Source: an uncultured Acidimicrobiaceae bacterium
GTDB taxonomy: Bacteria > Actinomycetota > Acidimicrobiia > Acidimicrobiales > RAAP-2
Direction: 5' to 3'
NCBI GenBank assembly: GCA_963824195.1
Contig: CAWGOJ010000004.1
Coordinates: 6,609-70,608 of the forward strand
Length of the DNA stretch: 64,000 bases
The notes beneath the pieces are model-generated. The model made no database searches. It saw only the letters and a program-made list of their open reading frames with translations, and was not told the origin of the DNA. The translations under genes and the position numbers were made by a program. Of the stretch, positions 47,914 through 56,678 are shown in pieces (the first letter of the stretch is position 1; every line of letters begins with the position of its first letter).

Positions 47914-49158
47914 CTACTCGCTGCGCAGGGCGTCGATAGGGGCCAACGCGGCAGCCCGGCTCGCCGGGTAGACGCCGAAGAGCACCCCGATAGCGAGGGC
48001 AATGGCGAGGGCACCGACGGCCGCGGTGGGGCTCGTCGAAATGGGGTCGCCGATGAGGCCCGGCAGGTAGATCACGCCGAGCATCCCGGCCGCGACGCCA
48101 AGGATGCCGCCGATCACCCCGAGGACCGAGGCCTCGACCAAGAACTGACGCCGGATGACGCGCGGTGTCGCCCCGAGCGCCTTGCGCAGCCCGATCTCGC
48201 GGATGCGTTCGGTCACCGACACCAACATGATGTTCATGACCCCGATGCCGCCCACGATGAGCGAGATCGCCGCGATGCCGCCGAGCAGGATCGTCAGCGT
48301 GTGGTCGACCGAGGTGTTGGCGGCGATCAGCGACTGTTCGGAGGTGATCGTGAAGTCGGCCTCGGTCGGGTTCGTGATCCCGTGCAGCTCGAGGAGGAGG
48401 TGGTCCGCCTCTTGGTAGGCGCCGGTCAGGTCGGCCGAAGACCGGGCCTGGACAGCGATGGAGCTGACCGAGTTGCGCGAGGTGCCCCCAAAGATGCGCT
48501 CGGCCCCCGTGGTGATGGGGATGATCAGGGTGTCATCAGGGTCCGAGGTGCTCGACGACGAGCTCGAGGCGCCCGAGGAGGTGAGGACGCCGACCACCGT
48601 GACGGGGGTGCCGTTGACGTCGACGCTCTGGCCGACGGGGTCGCCTCGGGTGAAGAGCTCCGATGCCGTCGTCGCCCCGAGGACGGCGACGGCGGCGTGG
48701 TCCTGGAGGTCCTGGCTGTCGATGAACCGGCCCTCGGCCAGCGTGCGGCCCCGCACGCTGAGCCAGTTCGGAGTCGTCCCCTGCACACTGGTCGTCGCCG
48801 TCTCGCTGCCCGCGGTCAGCACCTCGGTCTGAGACGTGATCGGGGCGACCGCCTTGACGTCGGGCGCGTCGACGGGCGACGAGAGTGCGGACACGTCGGC
48901 CATGGTGAGCGTCGACGCGCTCCCGAGCGCCTGTCTGATGCCGCTGCTCGAGGTCGAGCTGCCCGGGGTGATGGTCAAGACGTTGGAGCCCAGCGCGTTG
49001 ATCTCGGAGGTCACCTGGCCCGAGGCCCCTTCGCCGAGCCCGACGGCGATGATCACACCGGCAATGCCAATGAGGATGCCGAGCACAGTGAGGGAGGAGC
49101 GAAGCCGGTGGCTGCGCACGCCGTTCACCCCGGTCCGGAGGGTTTCGAGCCAGCTCAT
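47914..49158 (-). CDS. ABC transporter permease, MacB/FtsX family
   Basis: 414 aa with the N-terminal TM helix, large extracytoplasmic domain and C-terminal FtsX 3-TM bundle ([14 protein letters not shown] motif) typical of MacB-type permeases. Confidence 0.9.
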   Translation of the reverse strand: MSWLETLRTGVNGVRSHRLRSSLTVLGILIGIAGVIIAVGLGEGASGQVTSEINALGSNVLTITPGSSTSSSGIRQALGSASTLTMADVSALSSPVDAPDVKAVAPITSQTEVLTAGSETATTSVQGTTPNWLSVRGRTLAEGRFIDSQDLQDHAAVAVLGATTASELFTRGDPVGQSVDVNGTPVTVVGVLTSSGASSSSSSTSDPDDTLIIPITTGAERIFGGTSRNSVSSIAVQARSSADLTGAYQEADHLLLELHGITNPTEADFTITSEQSLIAANTSVDHTLTILLGGIAAISLIVGGIGVMNIMLVSVTERIREIGLRKALGATPRVIRRQFLVEASVLGVIGGILGVAAGMLGVIYLPGLIGDPISTSPTAAVGALAIALAIGVLFGVYPASRAAALAPIDALRSE

Positions 49159-49904
49159 CGGATGCTCTGGCTCTCGAGGTGGCTCTCGTCTCTCTCCGAG
49201 AGCAGCCCGTCACGGATGCCGACGACCCGGCCCGCGGCCGAGGCAACCTCGGCGTCGTGCGTGATGAGCACCAGCGTGCGTCCGGCATCGTGCAGCTCAC
49301 CCATGAGGCGCATGACATCGGCGGCCGAACCCGAGTCGAGGTTGCCCGTCGGCTCGTCGGCCAGGATCAGGTCGGGCTCGGTCACCAGCGCGCGGGCGAC
49401 GGCGACACGCTGCTGCTGGCCGCCCGAGAGCTCGCCGGGCCGGTGATGGATCCGGCCGGCCAACCCGACGCGGCCGAGGGCCTCGACGGCGCGTGCCTTG
49501 CGCTCGCTCCGGGAGACGCCGGCGTAGGCGAGGGGGAGCTCCACGTTCTGCCAGGCCGTCATGGACGGCAACAGGTTGAACTGTTGGAAGACGAAGCCGA
49601 TACGCCGGTTGCGCACCTCGGCCAGGGCGGTCTCGCTCATATGGCTGACGTCGTCACCCGCCAGGTGATAACGGCCTGCCGAGGGAACATCGAGGCAGCC
49701 CAAGATGTGCATAAGCGTGGACTTGCCCGAGCCCGAGGGCCCGATGATGGCGACGTACTCACCCTCTTCGATCGTGAGACTCACGCCGCGCAGGGCGGCG
49801 ACCGAGAGAGAGCCGGTCCGGTACACCTTGGTGACCCGTTCGAGGTCGATGACGGGTGCGAGCGTCGTGAGGGCGGGCGTGCCTTGGGGAGGCGTGACGG
49901 TCAT
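49155..49904 (-). CDS. ABC transporter ATP-binding protein (MacB/LolD type)
   Basis: Walker A is GPSGSGKST, the signature is LSGGQQQRV, Walker B is [11 protein letters not shown], and the H-loop is ITHD. Confidence 0.93.
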   Translation of the reverse strand: MTVTPPQGTPALTTLAPVIDLERVTKVYRTGSLSVAALRGVSLTIEEGEYVAIIGPSGSGKSTLMHILGCLDVPSAGRYHLAGDDVSHMSETALAEVRNRRIGFVFQQFNLLPSMTAWQNVELPLAYAGVSRSERKARAVEALGRVGLAGRIHHRPGELSGGQQQRVAVARALVTEPDLILADEPTGNLDSGSAADVMRLMGELHDAGRTLVLITHDAEVASAAGRVVGIRDGLLSERDESHLESQSIR

Positions 49905-49906
49905 GG

Positions 49907-51331
49907 TCAGCCCCCGCCGGTGAAGCCGCCAGCGGGGAAGCCCCCGCCGCCCGAGAACCCGCCGCCTCCGCCGCCGGGGAAGCCACCGGCTCCGCCCAGA
50001 CCGCCCCCCCGGGTGCCCGTGCCCCCGAAGATGCCGCCGCCGGTGCCCCCGGGAGCCTTGAACGTGATCTCGCGCTCGAGGACCTTGGCGCCGGCACTCA
50101 CGCCGCTAATGATCTGGGTCTCGCCGTTCTCGGCGGCGCCGACGGTCACGTCCTTGACCACGTGGGCCCCGTTCACCACCTCGGTGACGGTCGCCTGGCC
50201 GCTTGAGGTGTACGAGATGGCGTTGGTCGCCACCTCAGTCACGTCATTCAGCTGCTTGACGATGATGCTGACATCCGCGCTCGCCCCGGCGTAGAGGCCC
50301 GACGGGTCCCCCGTCACGTCGATGACGACCGGGAAGGTCGTGACGTCCGAGCTCTGACTGCCGACCAGGCTGATGGAGCCCACCGTGCCGTAGATCGCCG
50401 ACGAGCTCGAGGTGGAGGAGGTCGCCGCTGGTGCTGCCGTCGACGAGCTCGAACCACTGCTGAGCGTGATGTCGGCTTGGTCTCCGTCCGTGATCTGGCC
50501 GATCTGGGTGTCGTCGACGGTCGTGTTGACAATGTAGGAGTCGGTGCCGATCACGACGATCTGGCCGGAGCTGCTGCTCGAGCTGCTGCTCGACGCGGCC
50601 GACGCCGCGCTCGAGGAGCCAAGGCCACTGCTGCCGGTGCCACTGCTGCCGGTGCCACTGCTGCCGGCGCCTCCGTTCCCCGAACCCGTGCCGGTCACGA
50701 GCTGGCCGACCGTGAGATCCACCGAGGCCACGGTGCCCGAGATGGTCGAGGTGAGCGAGGCGTCGTTCAGGTTCGTCTGGGCCGTCGAGAGCGACGACTC
50801 GGCGGACGTGACCGAGGCCTGGTCGGTGTCGAGTGTGCTCTGTGACGCGCCGGCTGCCTGGTCGCTCGAGAGCCGGTCCTGGGCCGAGGTGAGCTGCGCT
50901 TGCGCCGCGCTAACCTCTTCGGAAAGCGCCGTCGTGTCGACGGTGGCCAGCACCTGACCGGCCGTGACGGTCTGGCCTGCCTTGACGTCGACCGCAGTCA
51001 CGGTGCCCGAGACGGGGAAGTTCAGATTGGCCTCGCTGGCCGGCTCGATCGTCCCCGAGCTGGCGACCGTCTGCTGGATGGTCCCCGTGGTCACGGGGAC
51101 GGTCACCGTCGTGATGGAGAGGCCGGCAGGGGTGGACGAGCCCGACGTGAGCCACAGGGGCAGGGCAACCGCGGCTGCAACGACGACGACGACCGCACCC
51201 ACGATGGGCCAGCGGTAGCGGCGCCAGCGCGAGACCGGCTCGCGAGCGAGAACGTTCTCGTCGTCGAGCGGGAGCTCCTCCGTCAATTGAACCGGTTCGT
51301 CCTGGCTCACGGTTGAGGAGACTCTGACCAT
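49907..51331 (-). CDS. second HlyD/MacA-type periplasmic adaptor protein with Gly/Ser-rich inserts and a Gly/Phe tail
   Basis: Has a TM anchor (IVGAVVVVVAAAVALPLWL) and lipoyl/barrel blocks (SGTIEPASEANLNFPVSGTVTAVDVKAGQTVTAGQVLATVD; ASLTSTISGTVASVDLTVGQLV). Also has a coiled coil and low-complexity inserts. Confidence 0.8.
   Translation of the reverse strand: MVRVSSTVSQDEPVQLTEELPLDDENVLAREPVSRWRRYRWPIVGAVVVVVAAAVALPLWLTSGSSTPAGLSITTVTVPVTTGTIQQTVASSGTIEPASEANLNFPVSGTVTAVDVKAGQTVTAGQVLATVDTTALSEEVSAAQAQLTSAQDRLSSDQAAGASQSTLDTDQASVTSAESSLSTAQTNLNDASLTSTISGTVASVDLTVGQLVTGTGSGNGGAGSSGTGSSGTGSSGLGSSSAASAASSSSSSSSSGQIVVIGTDSYIVNTTVDDTQIGQITDGDQADITLSSGSSSSTAAPAATSSTSSSSAIYGTVGSISLVGSQSSDVTTFPVVIDVTGDPSGLYAGASADVSIIVKQLNDVTEVATNAISYTSSGQATVTEVVNGAHVVKDVTVGAAENGETQIISGVSAGAKVLEREITFKAPGGTGGGIFGGTGTRGGGLGGAGGFPGGGGGGFSGGGGFPAGGFTGGG
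50624..50668. repeat. 15-bp tandem repeat x3 (GCCACTGCTGCCGGT)
   Basis: Read directly from the sequence. It encodes GSSGTGSSGTGSSG on the minus strand within the second adaptor gene. Confidence 0.85.
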
Positions 51332-51596
51332 GTGCCTAGTTCAACCCAGCCAAATCATACTCAGCCCACATTGCGCTGTGAGCCGGCTTGGTATTGGATG
51401 TAAGACCTCGCTAAGAGCCCAGGTCAGCGAGCTGAGGCCCGCATCCGCCGGAGGCGCACAGCCGGCTCTGGGCGTCCTCTCATTTCCGAAGCGCAGAGTG
51501 ATCGACAGCCCACCGGTGCCGCCGGGAGTGTTCGTCTCCCTTTCGCCCCCCGCCCACTCCCGGCACCGGTGCGGCTTCGACGCATACCGTGACACC

Positions 51597-51862
51597 GTGC
51601 GCCACGGCACCCCGGACGACCTCGCCGCTCTGACTGGCCTGCTGGCTCGACTCCGAGCGATCGAGGGCCTGGTGGAGCGCCGGCTCGGGGTTTTTACCGG
51701 CGGCCCCGGGCCTTCTTGCACTTCCACCACGACCCGAAGGGCATGTTTGCGGACGTCCGCTTCGGCGACGACTTCGTGCGTCTGCCGGTCGACACACTGG
51801 CCCAGCAGGCGGATCTCGTGGCCCGGGTGCGCGCGGCGGCGGGGGAGCAGGGCACCCGCTGA
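51597..51862 (+). pseudogene. possible small ORF disrupted at a T5 run (51691-51695)
   Basis: The frame from GTG 51597 gives VRHGTPDDLAALTGLLARLRAIEGLVERRLGVF. The protein-like continuation YRRPRAFLHFHHDPKGMFADVRFGDDFVRLPVDTLAQQADLVARVRAAAGEQGTR* is in the adjacent frame, which has no start codon of its own. This is a weak call and no family was recognised. Confidence 0.3.
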
Positions 51863-52768
51863 GTGCGACGAACTGCGCCTGATCGCCAAACCATGCGACG
51901 GACCATGGGGGGCGGGCTATGAGCACAGGACGCCATGTGGAATGACGAACAGCCTGGACTTCGACTTCGGCGGCACGTCGGTCCGGGCGACCGGCGGGGA
52001 CGAGCGGTAGCCGGCCCGCCATCGCATCGCGTGTTGCCGTCCACGAGGAACGGCCAGATCACGTCGGGCCCGACCGGCCGGGCCCGGTGGCTCTGGCCGA
52101 GACCACGAGCCGCCGACGCCCACAGTCGAGCAAAATCGAACGTATGGGCCTGCCGACTTTGGTCAATTGGGCGCTCGTCCTCACTGCTCACCGCATTTCC
52201 ACTCCGTCTCACGCCGCCGGGCTCTGTTCGCGCCAGGCCCTCAAGGCGACACCTTCCGCCTGCGGGGCGCTCTGACTGCCCCGCTCCTGACCAGTGTATT
52301 TTCTACGAGTGACCGCCGATAATGTTCATTATGTTAAGTTATATTCGGATTCTGGAGAGTGCCCCAGTCGGACGCCCGAGATGACGCTCCCCCCGGACCG
52401 CGGTCACTGCGGTCCGTCGAGCAGCTCTGGGCTTGCCAGGTGCGATCGGCGGTACGGAGCCGGCATGGACGGTTGGTTGGCGTCGGCTCGCCGGATCGCC
52501 GCAGCCGTGAAATCCTGCCCGTCTGGACTCGGCATACTGAGTGCGCTGTCACCGCCGGCCCCGAGTTGGGCCATCGCACAGAAGCTCCGCTTGGCCGGCC
52601 AGGACGCATCATCGTCGGAGAGGTATCAAAAGAGGCTTGATTTGAGCTCTGATTTTCACTAAAGTGACAAGCAACAAGTCCCCTTGGTTGACGGTTCAAA
52701 GTCCGGACGGATGAGAAGGGGAAATCCCAGGTAGAGGACTTGTAGAGCCCGCCAAATGTGGGTACTAT

Positions 52769-52791
52769 CCCCGGAATGTCCGGGGTTTTTT
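52769..52791 (+). terminator. intrinsic-terminator-like hairpin (CCCCGGA-ATG-TCCGGGG followed by T6)
   Basis: A perfect 7-bp GC-rich stem, a 3-nt loop and a T6 tract on the plus strand, 44 nt upstream of the helD start. It could instead be a protein operator or a leader hairpin. Confidence 0.5.
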
Positions 52792-52834
52792 GCGCGTCTG
52801 CCGTTGCGCGTGATTTACCGGTGATGCGGTACCG

Positions 52835-54862
52835 ATGAGCCCAGCTCCGCCACTCCCCGATCCCGAGCTCCTGGCCGAGCAGGTACACCTCGACCACACG
52901 CTGGAGTCCCTCGCGGCCATGCGCCAGCGGGCCGAACGGCTTCTGCAGGACCTCATCGGTGCCGGGAATCCCGACCTCGACTACGTGGCGGCTCTCTCTC
53001 GTCGCGTGGCACTCCTGGCGGACAGTCCACGGCCCCTCCTGTTCGGCCGCATCGACGAGGAAGAGGGCCCCATGTGGCACATCGGCCGCCGCCACGTCGA
53101 GGACACTCGATCCGACCCGGTCGTCGTCGACTGGAGGGCCCCCGTGGCCGTCCCGTTCTACCGGGCCAGCACGAAGGATGCTCTCGGGCTGGCCCGGCGG
53201 CGCCAGATCATGGTGGACCGCCGATCCGTTGTCGCCGTGGCCGACGACCTCTTCGGTGGCGCCGACGGCGATGCCGGCGCCACCCGTCTGCGCGGCGGTG
53301 ATGCGCTGCTGGCCGAGCTCGAGCGAGCCCGCACGGGCGAGATGCTGGACATCGTCGCCACCATTCAGGCGGAGCAGGACGAGATCATCCGCGCCCCGCT
53401 GGACCAGCTGCTGACCGTGCAAGGGGGCCCGGGCACGGGCAAAACGGCGGTCGGCCTGCACCGGGCCGCCTTCCTCCTCTACAACCATCCCGCTCTCAGC
53501 CGCGATGGCGTTCTGGTGCTCGGCCCGAGCCGCGCTTTCCTGCGCTACATCGCGCAGGTCCTCCCCTCGCTCGGCGAGGAAGCCGTGGTGCAGACCACCA
53601 TCGCCGATATCGCGCCCAAGGCCAAGGTCCGGGCCGAAGAGCCCATGGACGTGCGCCGCATCAAGGGCGACGCGCGGATGGGTGAGCTCCTCCGGCGCGG
53701 GCTCGAGGGACGGCGCCGCACGCTCGACGAGGATGTGAGCCTGCGTGTCCGCTTCGCCCGGGCGACGTTGAGCGCCGAACGGGTCAATGCTCTCGTGGCG
53801 TCCATCGTCGCCCGACCCGCCCCGTACAAGGCCGGCCGACTCGCGCTGCGATCCCGTCTCGTCAGCGAGGCCCGCCGGGCCTTCCGCTCCTCGGCCCGGT
53901 TGGGTGCCGATGAGGCCTGGTTCGAGGGCGAGCTCACCTCCACCGAGGAGTTCACCGCTCTCCTCGACACGCTCTGGCCCACGGTCTCCCCCGCTGCGCT
54001 GGTCCGCGACCTGCTCTCCTCGCAGGCACAGCTGGAACGATTCTCGGTCGGCCTCCTGTCCGAAAGAGAGCGGCAACTGCTGCTCCGGGCGCGTGACGCC
54101 ACCGTCTCCTCGACGGCATGGAGCACCGACGACCTCGCCCTGCTCGACGAGGCCGCCTTCCTGACCGGCGGGCGGACCCGGACCTACGGCCACATTGTCG
54201 TCGACGAGGCTCAGGACCTGACGCCGATGCAGTTCCGCATGATCGCCCGGCGCGCCCCTTCGGGATCCGTCACCGTGCTCGGCGACCTGGCGCAGGCGAC
54301 GGGCCCGTGGACCTACTCGGACTGGGCGGAGGTGAGGGTCCATCTGCCGGAGGCGGCTCGCCCGCATCACGACGAGCTGACGCTCGGCTACCGGGCCCCG
54401 GGGCGGGTGCTCGACTATGCGTCCCGCCTCCTGCCGGTGGCCGCCCCCGGCGTGGGGCCGACCTCCTCCATCCGCCCCGGACGCACCGAGCCGGCAGTGC
54501 ACACGGTGCCGGCCGACGAACTGGTCGCCGCCGCGCTGGCCGAGTCACGCGCGCAGGCCGCGCAGCACGCGCTCGTGGCCGTCATCGCACCCGAGGAACT
54601 CGTGCCGGCGTTGGCCCGGCTGGCCCGGCACGACGCCGACGTCGGCATGCTCGAGCGCGACGCGATGACCCGGCCCATCACCATCGTCCCGGCCCTGGCC
54701 GCCAAGGGACTCGAATTCGATGCCGTCGTGGTGGTCGAGCCCGCGGCGATCGCCGGCGAGGACCGCCGGGGCCTGCGACTGCTCTACGTGGCCATGACCC
54801 GCCCGATTCAGCACCTGAGCGTGGTACACGCCCGCCCCCTCCCCGGGCCACTCGTGGGCTGA
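52835..54862 (+). CDS. helD: HelD-type UvrD-like ATPase (RNA polymerase recycling factor family)
   Basis: 675 aa with the HelD-type N-terminal block (LLFGRID...WHIGRRHVED...VVVDWRAPVAVPFYRAS). Walker A is VQGGPGTGKT, Walker B is IVVDEAQDL, and the C-terminal motif is LLYVAMTRP. Confidence 0.85.
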   Translation: MSPAPPLPDPELLAEQVHLDHTLESLAAMRQRAERLLQDLIGAGNPDLDYVAALSRRVALLADSPRPLLFGRIDEEEGPMWHIGRRHVEDTRSDPVVVDWRAPVAVPFYRASTKDALGLARRRQIMVDRRSVVAVADDLFGGADGDAGATRLRGGDALLAELERARTGEMLDIVATIQAEQDEIIRAPLDQLLTVQGGPGTGKTAVGLHRAAFLLYNHPALSRDGVLVLGPSRAFLRYIAQVLPSLGEEAVVQTTIADIAPKAKVRAEEPMDVRRIKGDARMGELLRRGLEGRRRTLDEDVSLRVRFARATLSAERVNALVASIVARPAPYKAGRLALRSRLVSEARRAFRSSARLGADEAWFEGELTSTEEFTALLDTLWPTVSPAALVRDLLSSQAQLERFSVGLLSERERQLLLRARDATVSSTAWSTDDLALLDEAAFLTGGRTRTYGHIVVDEAQDLTPMQFRMIARRAPSGSVTVLGDLAQATGPWTYSDWAEVRVHLPEAARPHHDELTLGYRAPGRVLDYASRLLPVAAPGVGPTSSIRPGRTEPAVHTVPADELVAAALAESRAQAAQHALVAVIAPEELVPALARLARHDADVGMLERDAMTRPITIVPALAAKGLEFDAVVVVEPAAIAGEDRRGLRLLYVAMTRPIQHLSVVHARPLPGPLVG

Positions 54863-54892
54863 GCGGCACCCTGTCCCCTACGATCGAACTCC

Positions 54893-55642
54893 ATGGCACT
54901 AGACGTGGACGGCAAGGTCGCACTCATCACCGGCGGCAGCAACGGCATCGGCGAGGGCGTCGCCCGGCACCTGGCGGGCAACGGTGCGCATGTCGTCATC
55001 GCGGACATCGACAGCGCCCGCGGTCGTGCCGTCGCCGACGAGCTGGGTGGGCACTTCGTCCAGACGGACGTGGCCGACCCGGCTGCCAGTACCGCGGCCG
55101 TGGCCGGCGCAGTCGAGGCCTTCGGCGGGCTCCACATCGCGCACCTCAACGCCGGAGTGACGTCGTGGTGCGGCATGGGTGACGACTTCGATCCCGAGGC
55201 CTATCGGCGTTCCATGTCCATCAACCTCGACGGCGTCGTCTACGGGATCGCGGCCGCCCGGCCCGCCATCAAGGCGAGCGGCGGTGGGACCATCGTGGCC
55301 ACCGCATCCATGGCTGGCCTGGTGGCGACCCCGTTCGACCCGATCTACGCGGCCAACAAGCATGCCGTCGTCGGACTGGCCCGGTCGCTGGGCCCGGTCT
55401 ACGAGCCGGACGGCATCCGGGTTCACGCGCTGTGCCCTTCCTTCGCCTACACGAACATCATCAAGGGCTCGGAGCAGACGCTCCTCGACATGGGGTTCCC
55501 GATCATCGATGTGGCCGACGTCGTCGCCGCCTTCCAACGCATCCTCGACTCGGAAAGCACCGGCGAGTGCTGGTACGTCGTCGCCGGGCGGAAGAGCGAG
55601 CCTTTCCGCTTCCGCCACACGCCGGGGCCGCGCGTCCACTGA
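54893..55642 (+). CDS. SDR family oxidoreductase
   Basis: Has TGGSNGIG cofactor-binding and YAANK catalytic motifs. 249 aa. Confidence 0.88.
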   Translation: MALDVDGKVALITGGSNGIGEGVARHLAGNGAHVVIADIDSARGRAVADELGGHFVQTDVADPAASTAAVAGAVEAFGGLHIAHLNAGVTSWCGMGDDFDPEAYRRSMSINLDGVVYGIAAARPAIKASGGGTIVATASMAGLVATPFDPIYAANKHAVVGLARSLGPVYEPDGIRVHALCPSFAYTNIIKGSEQTLLDMGFPIIDVADVVAAFQRILDSESTGECWYVVAGRKSEPFRFRHTPGPRVH

Positions 55643-55710
55643 CTGCTCGCACATCCCCCCGAAGGTGGTCGGGCGTGGGCTGTACCATGGAGAGTCGCAG
55701 CGACACCGAC

Positions 55711-55777
55711 CGGCGATGGGTCCCGCCGGGGGGCAGCGCCCCGAACCGCCGACACGACATGGCTGATGGCTCCTGAC
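55711..55777 (+). promoter_or_regulatory. fluoride riboswitch (crcB RNA motif)
   Basis: GGCGAUGGGUCCCGCC ... AACCGCC ... GGCUGAUGGCUCCUGAC matches the conserved crcB-motif cores (GGCGAUG..CCCGCC, AAAC.GCC, GCUGAUGGC.UCU). It lies directly upstream of the crcB pair. AGGAGG at 55787-55792 precedes ATG 55801. Confidence 0.8.
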
Positions 55778-55800
55778 AGGCGGCACAGGAGGGCCGGGCC

Positions 55801-56283
55801 ATGGACGACCTGCATCAGCCACCGGAGGAGCACGACGCGCTCCGCGAGGGCCCAGAGCACGATCTCATCGACGAGCCCGTGCTCCCGCTCTTCGGGCTCT
55901 CGACGACCACGCTGGCGGCCGTCTTCGTCGGTGGTGCGCTCGGCACCGTGGCCCGGTACCTGCTGGAGACGCACCACCCGGTCGCCGCCGACGGCCTTCC
56001 CTGGGTCACGTTGCTCGTCAACCTGACTGGCTCCTTCGCCATCGGGTTGCTCATTCCGCTCACCGAGCACGTCTCGCACCGGGCCCCCCTGGTCCGGCCG
56101 CTGTTCATCATCGGCTTCCTGGGCGGCTGGACCACCTATTCGACCCTCACCGTCGACGCCACGCTGCTGGCCAAGCACGGTGACATCGCGACCTGCCTCG
56201 CCTACCTGGCGGCCACCGTCGTCGGAGGGCTGGCGCTCGTCGTGGCCGGCCACACGCTCGGTCGGAGGGTGACCGAGTCGTGA
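55801..56283 (+). CDS. crcB: fluoride efflux channel CrcB/FluC, subunit 1
   Basis: Has CrcB motifs (FVGGALGTVARY, LLVNLTGSFAIG, FLGGWTTYSTL). It carries an N-terminal extension of about 30 aa. Confidence 0.85.
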   Translation: MDDLHQPPEEHDALREGPEHDLIDEPVLPLFGLSTTTLAAVFVGGALGTVARYLLETHHPVAADGLPWVTLLVNLTGSFAIGLLIPLTEHVSHRAPLVRPLFIIGFLGGWTTYSTLTVDATLLAKHGDIATCLAYLAATVVGGLALVVAGHTLGRRVTES

Positions 56284-56669
56284 GCTCCTCCCCCACTCTC
56301 GGGCTGGCGCTCGTCGTGGCGCTCGCGGGCGGAGCGGGCGCCGTCCTGCGAGCGCTGCTCATCCATCACCTCGGCGTCCGACGTTCCGATCCTCTGCCAA
56401 TCGGCACCATGCTGGTCAACGCCTCGGGCTCCCTGCTCCTGGGCGTCCTGACCGGGCTCTCCCTCTATCACGGCCTCGGACCCCACGTGCTGGCCGTGGC
56501 CGGGGTGGGGTTGTGCGGCGGGTACACGACCTGGTCGACGGCGAGCTGGGAGACGATCCACCTGCTCCACACGGGTCACCGCACCGAGGCGGTCGTCTAC
56601 ACGTTGGGCGGGCTCGCCGTATGCCTCGCCGCCGCGGCGGCCGGCATCGGCCTCATGGCACTGGTCTGA
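56280..56669 (+). CDS. crcB: fluoride efflux channel CrcB/FluC, subunit 2
   Basis: Has GGAGAVLR, MLVNASGSLLLG, and LCGGYTTWST. The start overlaps the stop of subunit 1 (GTGA). Confidence 0.88.
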   Translation: MSSSPTLGLALVVALAGGAGAVLRALLIHHLGVRRSDPLPIGTMLVNASGSLLLGVLTGLSLYHGLGPHVLAVAGVGLCGGYTTWSTASWETIHLLHTGHRTEAVVYTLGGLAVCLAAAAAGIGLMALV

Positions 56670-56678
56670 GCGGTCGCC

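Noticed and set aside
52294-52662. 122-aa plus-strand ORF, with the overlapping 93-aa ORF at 52359-52640, in the AT-richer region.
   Set aside because: The composition is not protein-like (Ser/Arg/Cys-rich with no hydrophobic periodicity). There is no RBS and no recognisable motif. The region is treated as non-coding in the finding on 51332-52834.
52700-52716. An AAAGTCCGGAC 11-mer identical to part of the conserved RNase P RNA P4 region.
   Set aside because: The flanking sequence does not match RNase P (no GAGGAAAGUCC context and no ACAGAACCCGGCUUA partner). An RNA of about 400 nt would also have to run into the helD coding sequence.
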